This document shows positions 23,467-34,401 of a stretch of 64,000 nt of DNA, in pieces (the stretch's first letter is position 1; each line of letters opens with the position of its first letter). A program made the position numbers and the translations under genes. The notes beneath the pieces were generated by a model. That model was not told where the DNA came from. It worked only from the letters and a program-made list of their open reading frames with translations, and ran no database searches. Location: positions 1,255,949 to 1,319,948 of the forward strand of contig OZ287698.1 of NCBI GenBank assembly GCA_965649825.1, read 5' to 3'. This stretch comes from Penicillus capitatus (taxonomy: Eukaryota; Plantae; Chlorophyta).

Positions 23467-24559
23467 TTACACATGATCCGGCAGCAGATGACTCATTGTC
23501 ACCAGTGCTTCGGCAACACTAAGTTCATCTTCAGACGAGCCCTTCTTCACCTGAACGGTGTGACGTGACGGATCGAAATCTCCGGCGGGAGGTCGACGGG
23601 AAAGAGGAAAGGGCGAAAGTGCCGTCATGCCGACGCTATCAGCAAGTGTCGATCCAAGAATCTTTGAGAGATCGACAAGCTCTGAGAGAGCATCCGTGAG
23701 AACGACGTTCAGTCGGGAATCGAGTTCTGCGACAGATGCACTCAGACGTTGTCGTTTGCGTCGATCTGTCTGTAGTTGCTGCCGGGAGATACGCACGAGA
23801 TCAGCATCGGGTGCATTGCAAAGCAGTGCCAGACGCATATGATGCAGAATGGTCTGAATTTGATGCGCCAAATCCCACGACGCGTACAGCGTCTCGTGTC
23901 TGTCTATTCTTCGCGTGGTCGTCGTGCTTTCAAAGGGTGATCGCCATTCGTCGTTGTCATTCCTCTTTTTCTTGGGGCGTCTGGTACGCGTGACAGATAC
24001 ATCCGTCACATCAAGACTGTAAACGTCATAAGCAGTCTGCGTCATCTCGACGAATTTCTCACTTTGGTGCCGCGTCGCCGAGTAAGTCGCATGCCTCTGG
24101 GATGAATTCGCTGAGCAGGCCGTCGTCGAATTCTTTGGCAACAGTTGCGACAAATTTGCCATCCAGAGCACAATGACGCTCCTCGGCGACCAGTGTGGCG
24201 ATGGTCCATAGGAGTCGTGCTTCGTCGCGTTTTCTCCCGAGCAGAGGTCGCACCTAGCGATGTCAGAGGGTCAATGCTGACCGGATACTGAACCTCGGTC
24301 GGACTTGTCTTTCGCTCTTTGGCTGCAGCACCGTCGTCGGCAATTGTCGCGAGAAACGTGTCGCAGAGATCAGGCGAAATGCCTGACGCGCCGAAGGGAG
24401 ATTCGCTTCGCTTTGAAAGTAGTCTTCGACATTAGTAAAGCCTCGGTCTTGGTAGAGTTTGCGGTCAACGATTTCGATAAGCAAGTCGCCGAGGTGCTTA
24501 AACGTGCGCCCCTTTACTTCACGAATTTCACGGTCAATGGCATCCAGCGTCCGCGCCAT
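23467..24559 (-). CDS. Hypothetical protein with N-terminal phage/cyanobacterial-type helical domain (GxLLxEIxDxxLY...RQAxRLIxA...ERQVRPL)
   Basis: Three exons joined by GT-AG introns (about 24254-24304 and 24016-24061) give a continuous frame. The family resemblance is from memory only. Confidence 0.65.
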
Positions 24560-24676
24560 TGCAAAAAACGAGACGTGGCTCAATCGAAAGTGAGAGCAGC
24601 AGGGAGAAAACGTCTTAAAAAAAGATGTGTGAATAACCCATGGTTCCGAGGGACGCCGTGCTGATCGAGGCATGCG

Positions 24677-25542
24677 TCATCGGACATCTGGTCGTTTTGA
24701 AGCCAGTCGATTCTGAAGTTCTTCATGTGCCGAGAGAAACGCAGATTCCACGCTCCTCTTCATTCCAAGCATCTTGGCTCGGTCCATCTCCCACAAACGA
24801 ATAATATTGTCCTTGTCTCTCTAAACCGTGCTTCGCCGTCATGGAAAGTCAAGGCAGCGGGACTGGTTCACTTCAGCTTCTTTCAGTTGTCTCCGCAGGC
24901 CATGTTCACGCTCTTTTGACCTTCGGAGTTCATTTCTGAGAGAAACGAGCTGCGTGGCGCCGCGTCTGACGCGGCTCAGAAGGGCGAGCGTACTTCATGG
25001 CAGAACGCTTCGGTTGTCCAATAGGCGCCGCAATTTTTCCCGCATGTAGATGGATCAACTGTACCTTCTGCTTCTTCTCGTGTATCCGTCACGGAGTGGA
25101 GCATTTTGCTTGCAGGCCAGGAGTCGCGATGTTTTTTCTGTGTCGCCGGTGTTCTGGTTGCCAGCTTTGCCACGGACGCTCGCGATGCCGCCTCTTTCCG
25201 CGTCGTCTGCGAAACGGTTTTCTGTTGTCGGATTTCGTTCTCCGTCACGGAAAAAGTTGTATTCGCCGGCGTCTTGCTGTTTTGCCTCTTTAACTGCTGC
25301 AGGTCTTTTTCTGCTTCCTGCAAACCGGCTTCCCATCCCCATGTCGATTGAATGGCATTTGCGCGTTTTTGACTCTGTCCGCGACAAGAGGTGCTTTGGT
25401 CGGAGGGCGCGGGTCCAGAACGCAGTTGACCGTCGGATGACGGCGCATCGCCTTGGCGGATGTCGTCATAGGCGAGCGCCTCGAGCGCAGTTAATGCAGA
25501 AGCGGCACAACGCGGACGGTCTCCAGTACCGTATGCGTCCAT
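24677..25542 (-). CDS. Hypothetical protein, low-complexity/coiled-coil
   Basis: A 193-aa ORF plus downstream short coiled-coil exons ending ...QNRLASKRPDVR*. No family recognised and the splicing is not fully resolved. Confidence 0.4.
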
Positions 25543-25760
25543 GAGCACGGATTGCAACTGTAAAGCCCCTTTCGCCCTCGAAAGGTTACGGAGGAAAAGT
25601 TCAGTGCCTCTCAGCGAAGTGTCTGCAATGCAATCATTACGTAATCGCTTTGCAGTCTACTGTTACGCGGGTTTTCATCAGAGACGGCGGATCGTTTTCT
25701 TTTTTGTCGGTTCATTCTCGCCGGCGAATCTCGTCCAGCCATTCGGCAAACTCGCCAAGA

Positions 25761-26725
25761 ATGGCACAAGAAAAGATGATTGAGAAAGTGGTGGTTATCA
25801 TCGGTCCGTTCACAAGAGCTTCCTTAGGAAAACCGAAAGGAACCTGCCTTTAGCTATGGAAGCGGAGGCAAAGCCTTTGGTTGAACAGCTGGCATTCCAA
25901 ATGGACAGCCCATCAAAGTTCCTCAGCAAATAAAGAGAGATAACGCGATCGAAGGCTTGTAAATGTGCGCGTTGCTAGATTTGAGGCGCCTGCTCCATTC
26001 CAGTCCTATTCGGGCAGCGTGGGTTCTGTGGATGTGACGATCGTGACAAGTGGCAAGTGCAAGACGACAGCCGCTGATAACGTTGGCACCGTTCCGGCCG
26101 CTCTGGCCACTTACCTCGCTCTCAAAACGCTCCAACCAGATCTTCTCATTAATGCTGGGACGGCAGGCGGTTTCATCTCCGAAGTGTGTTACTCAGCACT
26201 TGCCGGATGATCAAGGTGGAATGCGGTTCAGGGAGCCTCCATTGGTGACGTCTATGTCAGTACTTCCTGCGTCAACCACGATCGGCACATTCCAATTCCT
26301 CAGTTCCAGGAATACGGCATCGGTTTGAAGGCATCCATCTCGACGAGTAATCTCCGGGAGAAGCTAGGACTCAAAGCAGGCGTTGTCTCGACCGGCAACT
26401 CATTGGGGTATACGCAGGAGTGTATGGAGATCATGAAAGAGCATTCTGCAAAAGCAAAGGTTCGAATGCGGCAGAAGAGATGGTGAGGGAGGGTGCTGCA
26501 CCATCTGTTGCTCGTTAGGAGATGGAGGCCGCCGCCGTAGCATGGGTAGCCGATCTCTTCGGCACGCCCCTGTTCTGCGTGAAGGCCATTACGGATCTAG
26601 TGGATGGCGAAAAACCTCCGCAAGAAGAATTTTTGGAGAACTTGGAGAAAGCATCGAACGTATTGAAGAAGACCACGAAAGAGATCTTGCATTTTCTGGA
26701 CGGTAAGAAACCATCGCAGCTGTGA
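25761..26725 (+). CDS. MTN: 5'-methylthioadenosine/S-adenosylhomocysteine nucleosidase (plant type)
   Basis: IIAMEAEAKPL, DNVGTVPAAL, PDLLINAGTAGGF, IGDVY, HDRHIPIP, STGNSL, EMEAAAVAWV, KAITDLVDG. Confidence 0.93.
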
Positions 26726-27031
26726 AGTTCGTAGAGCATAACATAGCGAACCCGCCTCGAAAAGACGCCGCCTTTTGTGGTATCGCGTGGACGCACGCGT
26801 ACGTACATCCATGTATTAAGACTGGCTTATCAACACCATTTGTGGCGGACATCGCAGTCTCTAAGCGACCACGTCTCATCTGCAATTCTGTGGTCCAGTC
26901 TAGCGCTGAATAGCGTTCGTTTTTCGTCCTTGTTGATTTGTGGTTGAACTGTCGCGCGCTATCCGAGCGCGGTGGATGGCTGGCTGCGGTTGAATGTACT
27001 GCCGCGATAAGACAATGCGCGTTTTTGCCCA

Positions 27032-27037
27032 TATAAG
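27032..27037 (+). promoter_or_regulatory. TATA-like box upstream of the CCCH gene
   Basis: TATAAG in a GC-flanked context, about 70 nt upstream of a strong CAG|GTAATT donor that would start a 5'-UTR intron. Confidence 0.3.
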
Positions 27038-27658
27038 AGGTCAGGCTCCATTGCGATACTGTGCTTTTGAGCCAGTGTGCTTCCCAGGTGGATTGTCGAC
27101 AGCAGGTAATTCCTCAAACGTGCAAAGACATTAAAGCCTACCGCACCTATATCTTTACCTTCTAACCGCTACAGTCTTTCTTCTGAGCGGCGGATCTCAG
27201 TTATGCGTATGCGGTTCTACCTCTTCGAGAGATACTCACTTTTGCTACGTACAAACTCCTCGTCTTTGTCCTCTTCTAAGCGTCTTGCTGCTTTGAGCGT
27301 CACTGGTCGGCTGGTCAAGTGCCCTCACGCATCGGTTATTGAACTTTTTTGTGGGCATCGAGCTACATAAAGATTTCTAACCCTAGACGACACGATGCTT
27401 CTCGCCTTGTTTGCGTTTCGCATTTACGTGGACGGCGCTTCGTTTCCCTACGCGGTTAATGATCGTTGTTGTGGTTGTCAGATTTAGTGGAGTCTTTGAG
27501 TCTGTCAGTTGGAGTGGAGTACCAAGGTGTTCCTAGCGATTCAGTGTTGTTAGACGTGGCCATTCTCGAACGAAGGAGTTTATTGCCGCGAGAACATCTG
27601 AACGAACGAGTATCGTGGTCGATTCTCTCCAGGGCTGTGTGGACACGTTTTAGCAACT

Positions 27659-28849
27659 ATGACAACGATAGCCTTGACGCCAATGGAGCAACTGAGCAGT
27701 GGACATGTGCACGGACAAGCAGAAGAGATGACTGAAGCATTCCCTGGAGGCAAGATTCCAGAATTTGTCATGGCACCGAGGCCACACAGTGGAAGTCAGC
27801 ATTCATTTTCAGTGCCTGCCATGTATGTCAGTCATGCTGCTCCGGCAATGTCTATGGAAGGAGACGGCAGAACAATGGCAATGACTATCCCGCCTACGAG
27901 TCTCGTTCCCGTCTCCGTGCCGCTTCGGCAAGCGGTGATGTATACCGGTTTCAGCAATTGTGCGACGGTCTACCCGACGGCGACCAGGGGAAGTTACAGT
28001 TCTTCCAATCGCCGCCAGAGTGGAGGCAGTGGTGAAATCTCGACCGTCGTCGAATCCCCAGCAGACGATGGATCTCATGATGATACCCCTAAGAGCGGCA
28101 AGGCAATGCAGGAAGTGTGCCGCTATTTCATGCGGACAGGGACCTGTGGCTATGGAGACAAATGTCGCTATCATCATCCCCAGTCTGCGCACCGCCCAAA
28201 ATTGAACTCGATGGGATATCCCCAAAGGGAAATGGAGCATGCGTGTCCGTTCTATCTAAAGAATGGATGGTGTGGATTCGGCGCGACCTGCAAGTTCAAT
28301 CACCCTGAACTGCCGCCGCTCAATGTGCCGACAGCGGCGACACTTGTGCCGCAGATGCTCACTCCCGTTGCTTACTCTACTATCCCTCCACCTCCATTTG
28401 CAAATGTTTCACCTGGAGGCACGTATCCAGCAGTGGCCCCAACGCCAGCGACGCCAATGGTGCACTGGCCCGTAGCGCCGGCGGGTGTTCCCATGAACGT
28501 CAGCCCGCCGCCACAGTCTGGCATGTACCATCATCATCATCAGTCCTATGTGAGTCTTCCAGCAGTTCCAGCATGGCCAGTGAGCAAGGAACAACAATCG
28601 ATGACGCTTGGGAGTCATGGAACTCCGACAGTTGCCCAAAGGATCTATTCGAAACCTATCGACAGCCGCCAAGAAGCAGTCATGAGACATACGTCACCGA
28701 AATCCGAGGATAGTCCTTTCTCTGTCGTGGGGCGAGATGTTTCCCTTCCAAAGCATCATCACCATCCAATCGGTGTGGAGATGAAACATGCCCTCATGCC
28801 AATGCATACTATTGAAGACGCCTCACATGTTTCCGTGACTACTGCCTGA
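27659..28849 (+). CDS. Tandem CCCH zinc-finger RNA-binding protein
   Basis: Single 396-aa ORF with two C-x8-C-x5-C-x3-H fingers (CRYFMRTGTCGYGDKCRYHH, CPFYLKNGWCGFGATCKFNH) linked by LNSMGYPQRE, typical of plant C3H proteins. Confidence 0.9.
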   Translation: MTTIALTPMEQLSSGHVHGQAEEMTEAFPGGKIPEFVMAPRPHSGSQHSFSVPAMYVSHAAPAMSMEGDGRTMAMTIPPTSLVPVSVPLRQAVMYTGFSNCATVYPTATRGSYSSSNRRQSGGSGEISTVVESPADDGSHDDTPKSGKAMQEVCRYFMRTGTCGYGDKCRYHHPQSAHRPKLNSMGYPQREMEHACPFYLKNGWCGFGATCKFNHPELPPLNVPTAATLVPQMLTPVAYSTIPPPPFANVSPGGTYPAVAPTPATPMVHWPVAPAGVPMNVSPPPQSGMYHHHHQSYVSLPAVPAWPVSKEQQSMTLGSHGTPTVAQRIYSKPIDSRQEAVMRHTSPKSEDSPFSVVGRDVSLPKHHHHPIGVEMKHALMPMHTIEDASHVSVTTA

Positions 28850-30637
28850 TGTTCGTTCTCGTTTGCTAGAGCACGCATGCTTTTTTACAATTCTTCAATA
28901 GCCCATTTAGTTTTGACTATGCGAGCCGAAGGGTGTGGCGGTGGCCAACTAACTGACTGATGGAACAATAAAGAAAGCTGAAGAAGACAGTGATAAAGAA
29001 GAAGATTTTCTCTCGAGCATACTTCCTTTCTCGTTTTGAGGTCGTGCCTTAGAAGAAAGATGATCACAGACAGAAACTGCCGTTAACCGGAATGGTGCAT
29101 TCATTGTCGACATCTTCATCTTCTTCTTAACTTGATGAAATTGTTGTGGGAAGCTTCAGAAGCGATTTGAAGAATATCGTTTGGAACTTGTGGTTTATGG
29201 AAGCGACAACTGCAAAGACAACAAAACCGAGCAAGAATACTGCAGCAACAAACCGGCAGCAACCATAGTAGTCAACTTTATGGGCAAGGGCAAGATCTCG
29301 TGCGGCCCTCTCTGTTTTTCTTTCTTTTTTGCCTGATTAATTGGGGGCCACTTTGCATCAAGAAGCGATGTCGAGCTACACGAAATATCGCTTATCTGGC
29401 GTTTCAGATGCATCCCTTCCATGTCACCAAGTATTTGTTAATGGCATTCAAAGTATGTTACACTTAGCTTAAGATGTGTGAAGATGCCAGCTGTTTATGA
29501 AGATTTGTTTCTCCTCCGAGTCACTTTGTAGCAGAGAGAAATACTTTTGCTCCGTGTTGGATCCACTTTGTACTCACGCAGCAAAGGTGTGAGATCCGCT
29601 CTCGTTTTTCACTCTACCTTCTTTTGCCAACCACGAGACGTGCTGCATTGGTACTTTTGAGAAGTTGCATTTCCATGTGAAGCTCATAAGGGTGGGAGAT
29701 TCTTCGAGAGTGAAGAAGGACCGGTTTTGGGAAATTGTTTAAGGCAGCTGCGAACTGCGAAATTTATCAATGGGAAGGAACAAATGCGTCAGAACTGTGT
29801 TGTGCAGATTTTTTATCTCACTTCTCTCTCAAAAGACGATCTGTTAGCAAGAAGCGTATTGTGCTCAGACCAGACAGAACATGTACATGTGACGGACAGA
29901 TGGAAGTTAGCATCTTCTCCTTCTTAAATTAACCACTTCTTTCTCCTAAACGGTCCCTCTTAATTTTTGGCTGATGAGGTATGCCACTTGGGAAAGACTG
30001 GTTCGAAATCCCGGCGCAGACTTTCACAGTGGATGGAATTGATTGTGAAATGCTCACGGTTGTGATGACTGATGTCCACACGCAGACATAAAAAACGAGG
30101 GTCGTCTTGTAATTGTCCTTGAGGCCCCGATCCGACGAATGCAACTTTCATTCGGTTGCTGCATCATTACACCTGTCCTTTACAGATCTACATTCTCCTG
30201 CAAGTGTTGTCATTCCGTGCATGCACGAAGAACAAACAAACGCCTAGGCAACCCACATACATACCCTCAATGGCCAAAACACAGATCTTCTCAGCCGCCA
30301 GACAGATGCAGAAATCCATTGCCCTCGTCCATAATCAATTGCTGTAAGGATGACGAGATAACAACACTCAAATTCAATCAATTCAAATTTAGGTGATCTG
30401 ATCCTTGTCTCCAAAGAAAGACATTATCATCGTCAGAAACGTACTATATCATACAACAACAGATGCGCAGCCATCATTGTCTATGAAAAACGTGAATGCT
30501 CCTTCAGCAATCGGACCCGTGATGTAAACTGAAGACATAAGATGCATAGATGATGATTCAAATGGCCAAACGGAGGAGAACGGACACCACAGGGGTATCC
30601 TCATAAAACAAACAAAATCAATTCTTCATGGTCTCGA

Positions 30638-31802
30638 TCAGATGAGGGAATGAAGAATGGAAGCGCGCTTCTTGGGGGCTGACGCTCTGGATACTGATCC
30701 TTCTTCTTGATGATCCATCACCATGTTCAGAACTCTATTTGCAGCCAAAGTCCTGGCATCCACGCTTACTGGCTCATCGCCCAAGTAGAGATCGAACAAT
30801 GCAGAACAGAGGGATTGACTCTTGACAGCTCCAACGGCATGTCCGTCTGCATAGGCTGACAATGTACCGTCACGGCTTCTCTTGAAGCACATCGTCGCCC
30901 CTAATCATCCATTCCACATCCAAAGACACCCGTTGTCATTCAGTGGGGGTGGGTGGCATACCCTTCTTGACATTGTTCTTCTCATCTTGGACCTGACGTG
31001 GAAGACGGGTGCTATCGAACATTCTCAAAAATCCAAACAGAGAAGGGTCATCTGTATTCCCACCGACGTGCAATAGGCGTCGCTTAAGAATTTTTTCGTA
31101 CTCAGTCGACATCACCTACACCAACCACCACGTCTCAGCAGTCGTGTTGTATGACGGATAGGGGACGGACACTGAGAGGTAGACTGCGGCTCGCTTTGAC
31201 AACGATCGACATATCCACTTCTCTCGTGCTTCTTAGCTGGTGATAGAACTTCTTGTTCGTGGTGAGGGCCGCTCCCTGTGTACGGGCAACTTGGCCCAGC
31301 GTGGAACGACGCATCTGTGCCCAATGTATGTCAGGAGAAGTGGCAGATATGGGAGTCTTGCTTGATTCTGGTTTGCGTATACAGCGAATTCGTAGAGCTT
31401 TACGCCCAGCATGCCTCGACCGTCCCACCAGTTTCCCCAGTGACGTGACCCAACGGTCATGAGGCTCTGTCAACGATTTTCTTTATCCATGACACGTCAT
31501 TCCATCGTTTGGGTGTTCTACCTGACAGGCGTCGTTCTTGTTATCTTCACAGAGCTCTGATTTGAATGGAAACTTCGTCACTGTGGACGTCCTATACGCA
31601 GAACGCCCGTTTTATTAAAGCTGTAAGCAGAGACGTGATACCAGTGTTCAGTAAAGGGCGTACGGGAGTGCGTCCGTGAACGTTTTTTCTGGTTTCTTCG
31701 TGGCCATACAAGACGGACAGTGCCCCCGACGCCAGCTCGCACACCTTTGACAGCCAGTCGCACACCATGACGCAGAAAACGAAAGGGACGAGGAGGCGCC
31801 AT
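30638..31802 (-). CDS. Chalcone-isomerase-fold fatty-acid-binding protein (FAP-like)
   Basis: VKLYEFAVY, and C-terminal FKRSRDGTLSAYADGHAVGAVKSQSLCSALFDLYLGDEPVSVDAR typical of CHI-fold FAPs. 5' exons are approximate. Confidence 0.75.
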
Positions 31803-32007
31803 TCTGCGTATTCTTTCTGAATAAATCGGTCTCGATCGATTGATTGCGAAAGTCCTTTTGTGTTACGACGATCCAATGATGTGACAGCTGCATTCCCGAA
31901 GGCGTCTTTACATTCGAAGCTGACAACGACCATCCAGCAATTCCAAACGAATAAGGAAGGAAGGAATGGGCCCAATGCTCAAAATCGTTCAAGCGTAAGT
32001 CTCTTTT

Positions 32008-33006
32008 CTAAAGCTGAATTCCACTTGCATCAAGGCGGATCTGGACGTGGAGATGTGGCATAATGGTTGTCAAGTAGGTCACTCCTGCATCACGAACATT
32101 GGTTCCATCCAGATAGACATACATCAAATTGCGCAAACACGAGAAATGGATCAAACCCACATCGCTGACGGTCGTATGTCCCAGTTTCAAATCCATGAGA
32201 TTTGTGAGGGACGTCAGATGCGAAAGTGTGGCATCACTGATATTGGTGTTGCCCATATTCAAATCCACAAGATTCGTCAGTTGTGCCAAGAATGGCGTCC
32301 CTGTGTCATCGACTTTTGTGTAGTCAAGAAACAGTGTCTTCAGATTCGAAAGGCCAGACAAGGATTTCATCGCTCGGCTACCGACAGCCGTGTTTCCCAA
32401 ATCCAGAAACTGCAATCGAGGCAGGAATGAAAAACAGTCCATTTCTCTGTCTGTCAATTTCGTGTAACCCAGATTCAGATTCGTCAGATTCGGTAACGAG
32501 GGCAGGACGTGATCCATTTCTTCATACGTCATGTGCGTTCTCCACAGATCCAGTGTCTCAAGCAAAGTGCAATGACGAATGGGGAGGAGGGTGGTTCCAC
32601 TAATGTTACTGCGTCCCAGATTCAGTTGCTGTAGGCGTTTCAGGCCTTCGATGTGATTGAAGTCGACCTTGTCCTTCAGCTGCAGTCCAAAGAGATCCAG
32701 AGACGTGACATCGGGGCACATACGCACGAACAAACGAATGTTGAGCGGCAACTTCGCATCTACCGAGACACATCGAATGTTTCGAAACTTCTGCGTTAAT
32801 TTCAGCAGCGCTGCATCGAAAGAGCTATGTGCAGACATAAGAGCCTGCGTTATGTGCAGGGAGGCAATGACGAAATTTGCGCCTGTACACCAGTGTCTGT
32901 TCACTTGACGACACGCTTGAATCTCTCGTCGACCGCAGTGCTTGGCAATATTTATAATAACGTCCACCGGCAACGTCGACCAATCCTCTGCCTGAAAGAG
33001 TACCAC
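32008..33006 (-). CDS. F-box/leucine-rich-repeat protein
   Basis: F-box-like WSTLPVDVIINIAKHC...CRQVNRHW followed by about 8 LxxLxLxxTxVxD LRRs. The true start is probably a short upstream exon near 33.05 kb. Confidence 0.85.
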   Translation of the reverse strand: MVLFQAEDWSTLPVDVIINIAKHCGRREIQACRQVNRHWCTGANFVIASLHITQALMSAHSSFDAALLKLTQKFRNIRCVSVDAKLPLNIRLFVRMCPDVTSLDLFGLQLKDKVDFNHIEGLKRLQQLNLGRSNISGTTLLPIRHCTLLETLDLWRTHMTYEEMDHVLPSLPNLTNLNLGYTKLTDREMDCFSFLPRLQFLDLGNTAVGSRAMKSLSGLSNLKTLFLDYTKVDDTGTPFLAQLTNLVDLNMGNTNISDATLSHLTSLTNLMDLKLGHTTVSDVGLIHFSCLRNLMYVYLDGTNVRDAGVTYLTTIMPHLHVQIRLDASGIQL

Positions 33007-33189
33007 ACGAGCAACTCAGACCTTACTGAGAAACAGCATGGGAACACACGACGTCCATCGAGGCGATAGATTGAACGAATGTCGGCGGCAGACGTATAGA
33101 TGGACGGCACAAGTGGTCGTGGGTCAAAAGCTCGAGGCCCTTGAGAAATAACGATGCGGCACGTGAGTTCCTCGATTAAGGAATGTCTT

Positions 33190-34047
33190 TCATCTAAGGC
33201 GTTTTATACGTCGACGTTTTCCGCGGCCGAATTCGAAGTACGGACGTGGCGGAAGTTCCTCGTCTGGTCCCGTTGGCAGCTTCATTCCAGTTTCCATCTC
33301 GACATGCGCCTTAATCTCGCTCAGCAGGGAGTAGCGTTCGAGTTTTTGTCGCGAAAGGCAGTTCCACAGAATACCTGTCGGTTTTGATTGAGACGGTTCT
33401 GTGAATATGATGCGCGTCGGTGTGACGATGACGTCGACTGGGACGTCATATGATGACATACTTCCAAACGGCACCATCTTCTGTAACTGGGCGTCGTGTA
33501 CCGTCGTGACGATCTTTGTCTTTTCATCCACGGCGCCGCAGAGACGCAATAACCCATACTCCAATTCCGCTAATCCATCTCCGCTTCCGACACGTGCGCC
33601 CGTGTTTTTGTCCACGGCGACACTCCCCACGACCAAGAGATCGATTTTGAATGGTGTTCCCCAATAAAGGACGGTGCCAGTTTCTCGCATCTTTGATGCA
33701 GTCGTCTTGGCGGCGAAGTTCTCTCCAGAGATATCCCGCCGTTCAATGCGAGAATAGAACCCATCTCGAAGATTCGGGCGCGGAAGGTAGAGTGTCTTGT
33801 TGTGCTCCAGAACGAGCTCTCGGACTTTCATCTGTGCGATCTCCGGTCCGACGGCGATGGAAGAGGATTCCTTGAAGAGATCCGACTCTGATAGGGCGAT
33901 GGCAGCGACGTCCGAGTTTTTGAAGTTTGGGATGCGATGGTAGACCGGACGAGGGCAACGAGCTATGTTACGTGCTTCGAGGTAGCTCCATACATGGCTG
34001 CGAGCATCCCACTTCCATGCAACATCCAAACCCTCTGTTCTCTCCAT
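33190..34047 (-). CDS. 5-formyltetrahydrofolate cyclo-ligase-like protein (COG0212/MTHFSD type)
   Basis: Intronless 285 aa: RPVYHRIPNF, IDLLVVGSVAV, RVGSGDGLAELEYG, VTTVHDAQL, DVPVDVIVTPTR. Confidence 0.9.
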   Translation of the reverse strand: MERTEGLDVAWKWDARSHVWSYLEARNIARCPRPVYHRIPNFKNSDVAAIALSESDLFKESSSIAVGPEIAQMKVRELVLEHNKTLYLPRPNLRDGFYSRIERRDISGENFAAKTTASKMRETGTVLYWGTPFKIDLLVVGSVAVDKNTGARVGSGDGLAELEYGLLRLCGAVDEKTKIVTTVHDAQLQKMVPFGSMSSYDVPVDVIVTPTRIIFTEPSQSKPTGILWNCLSRQKLERYSLLSEIKAHVEMETGMKLPTGPDEELPPRPYFEFGRGKRRRIKRLR

Positions 34048-34401
34048 ACATATACTTTTGGGGACACGGGCTGGTGAGATGACCTTCGAATTTGGAGAGC
34101 CGCGCGGGACCCGCCGTTAGGAGTTTAGTGCCGAGATCTTCCGTATGAGAGATTCTGCTTTGCTCGCCCACGAGCTCTGCGTCCTTCATGCGGCGAAGGA
34201 ACCGTTGCACGAGGCGTCCAAGCATTGCGGACGGAAGTTAGCTGATGCGACGTCACGCATTTGTGGTGAAGTGTCAGAACAGTTAGTTAGATACCGCGGT
34301 CACCCAACAACATTCGCCAAAAACAACAACGGCCACGCTATTTGCTCTTTTGATGAAGTTGAGTCGGTCGTACAGAGGACTGTTAGAAAAGTTCTTCTGA
34401 A

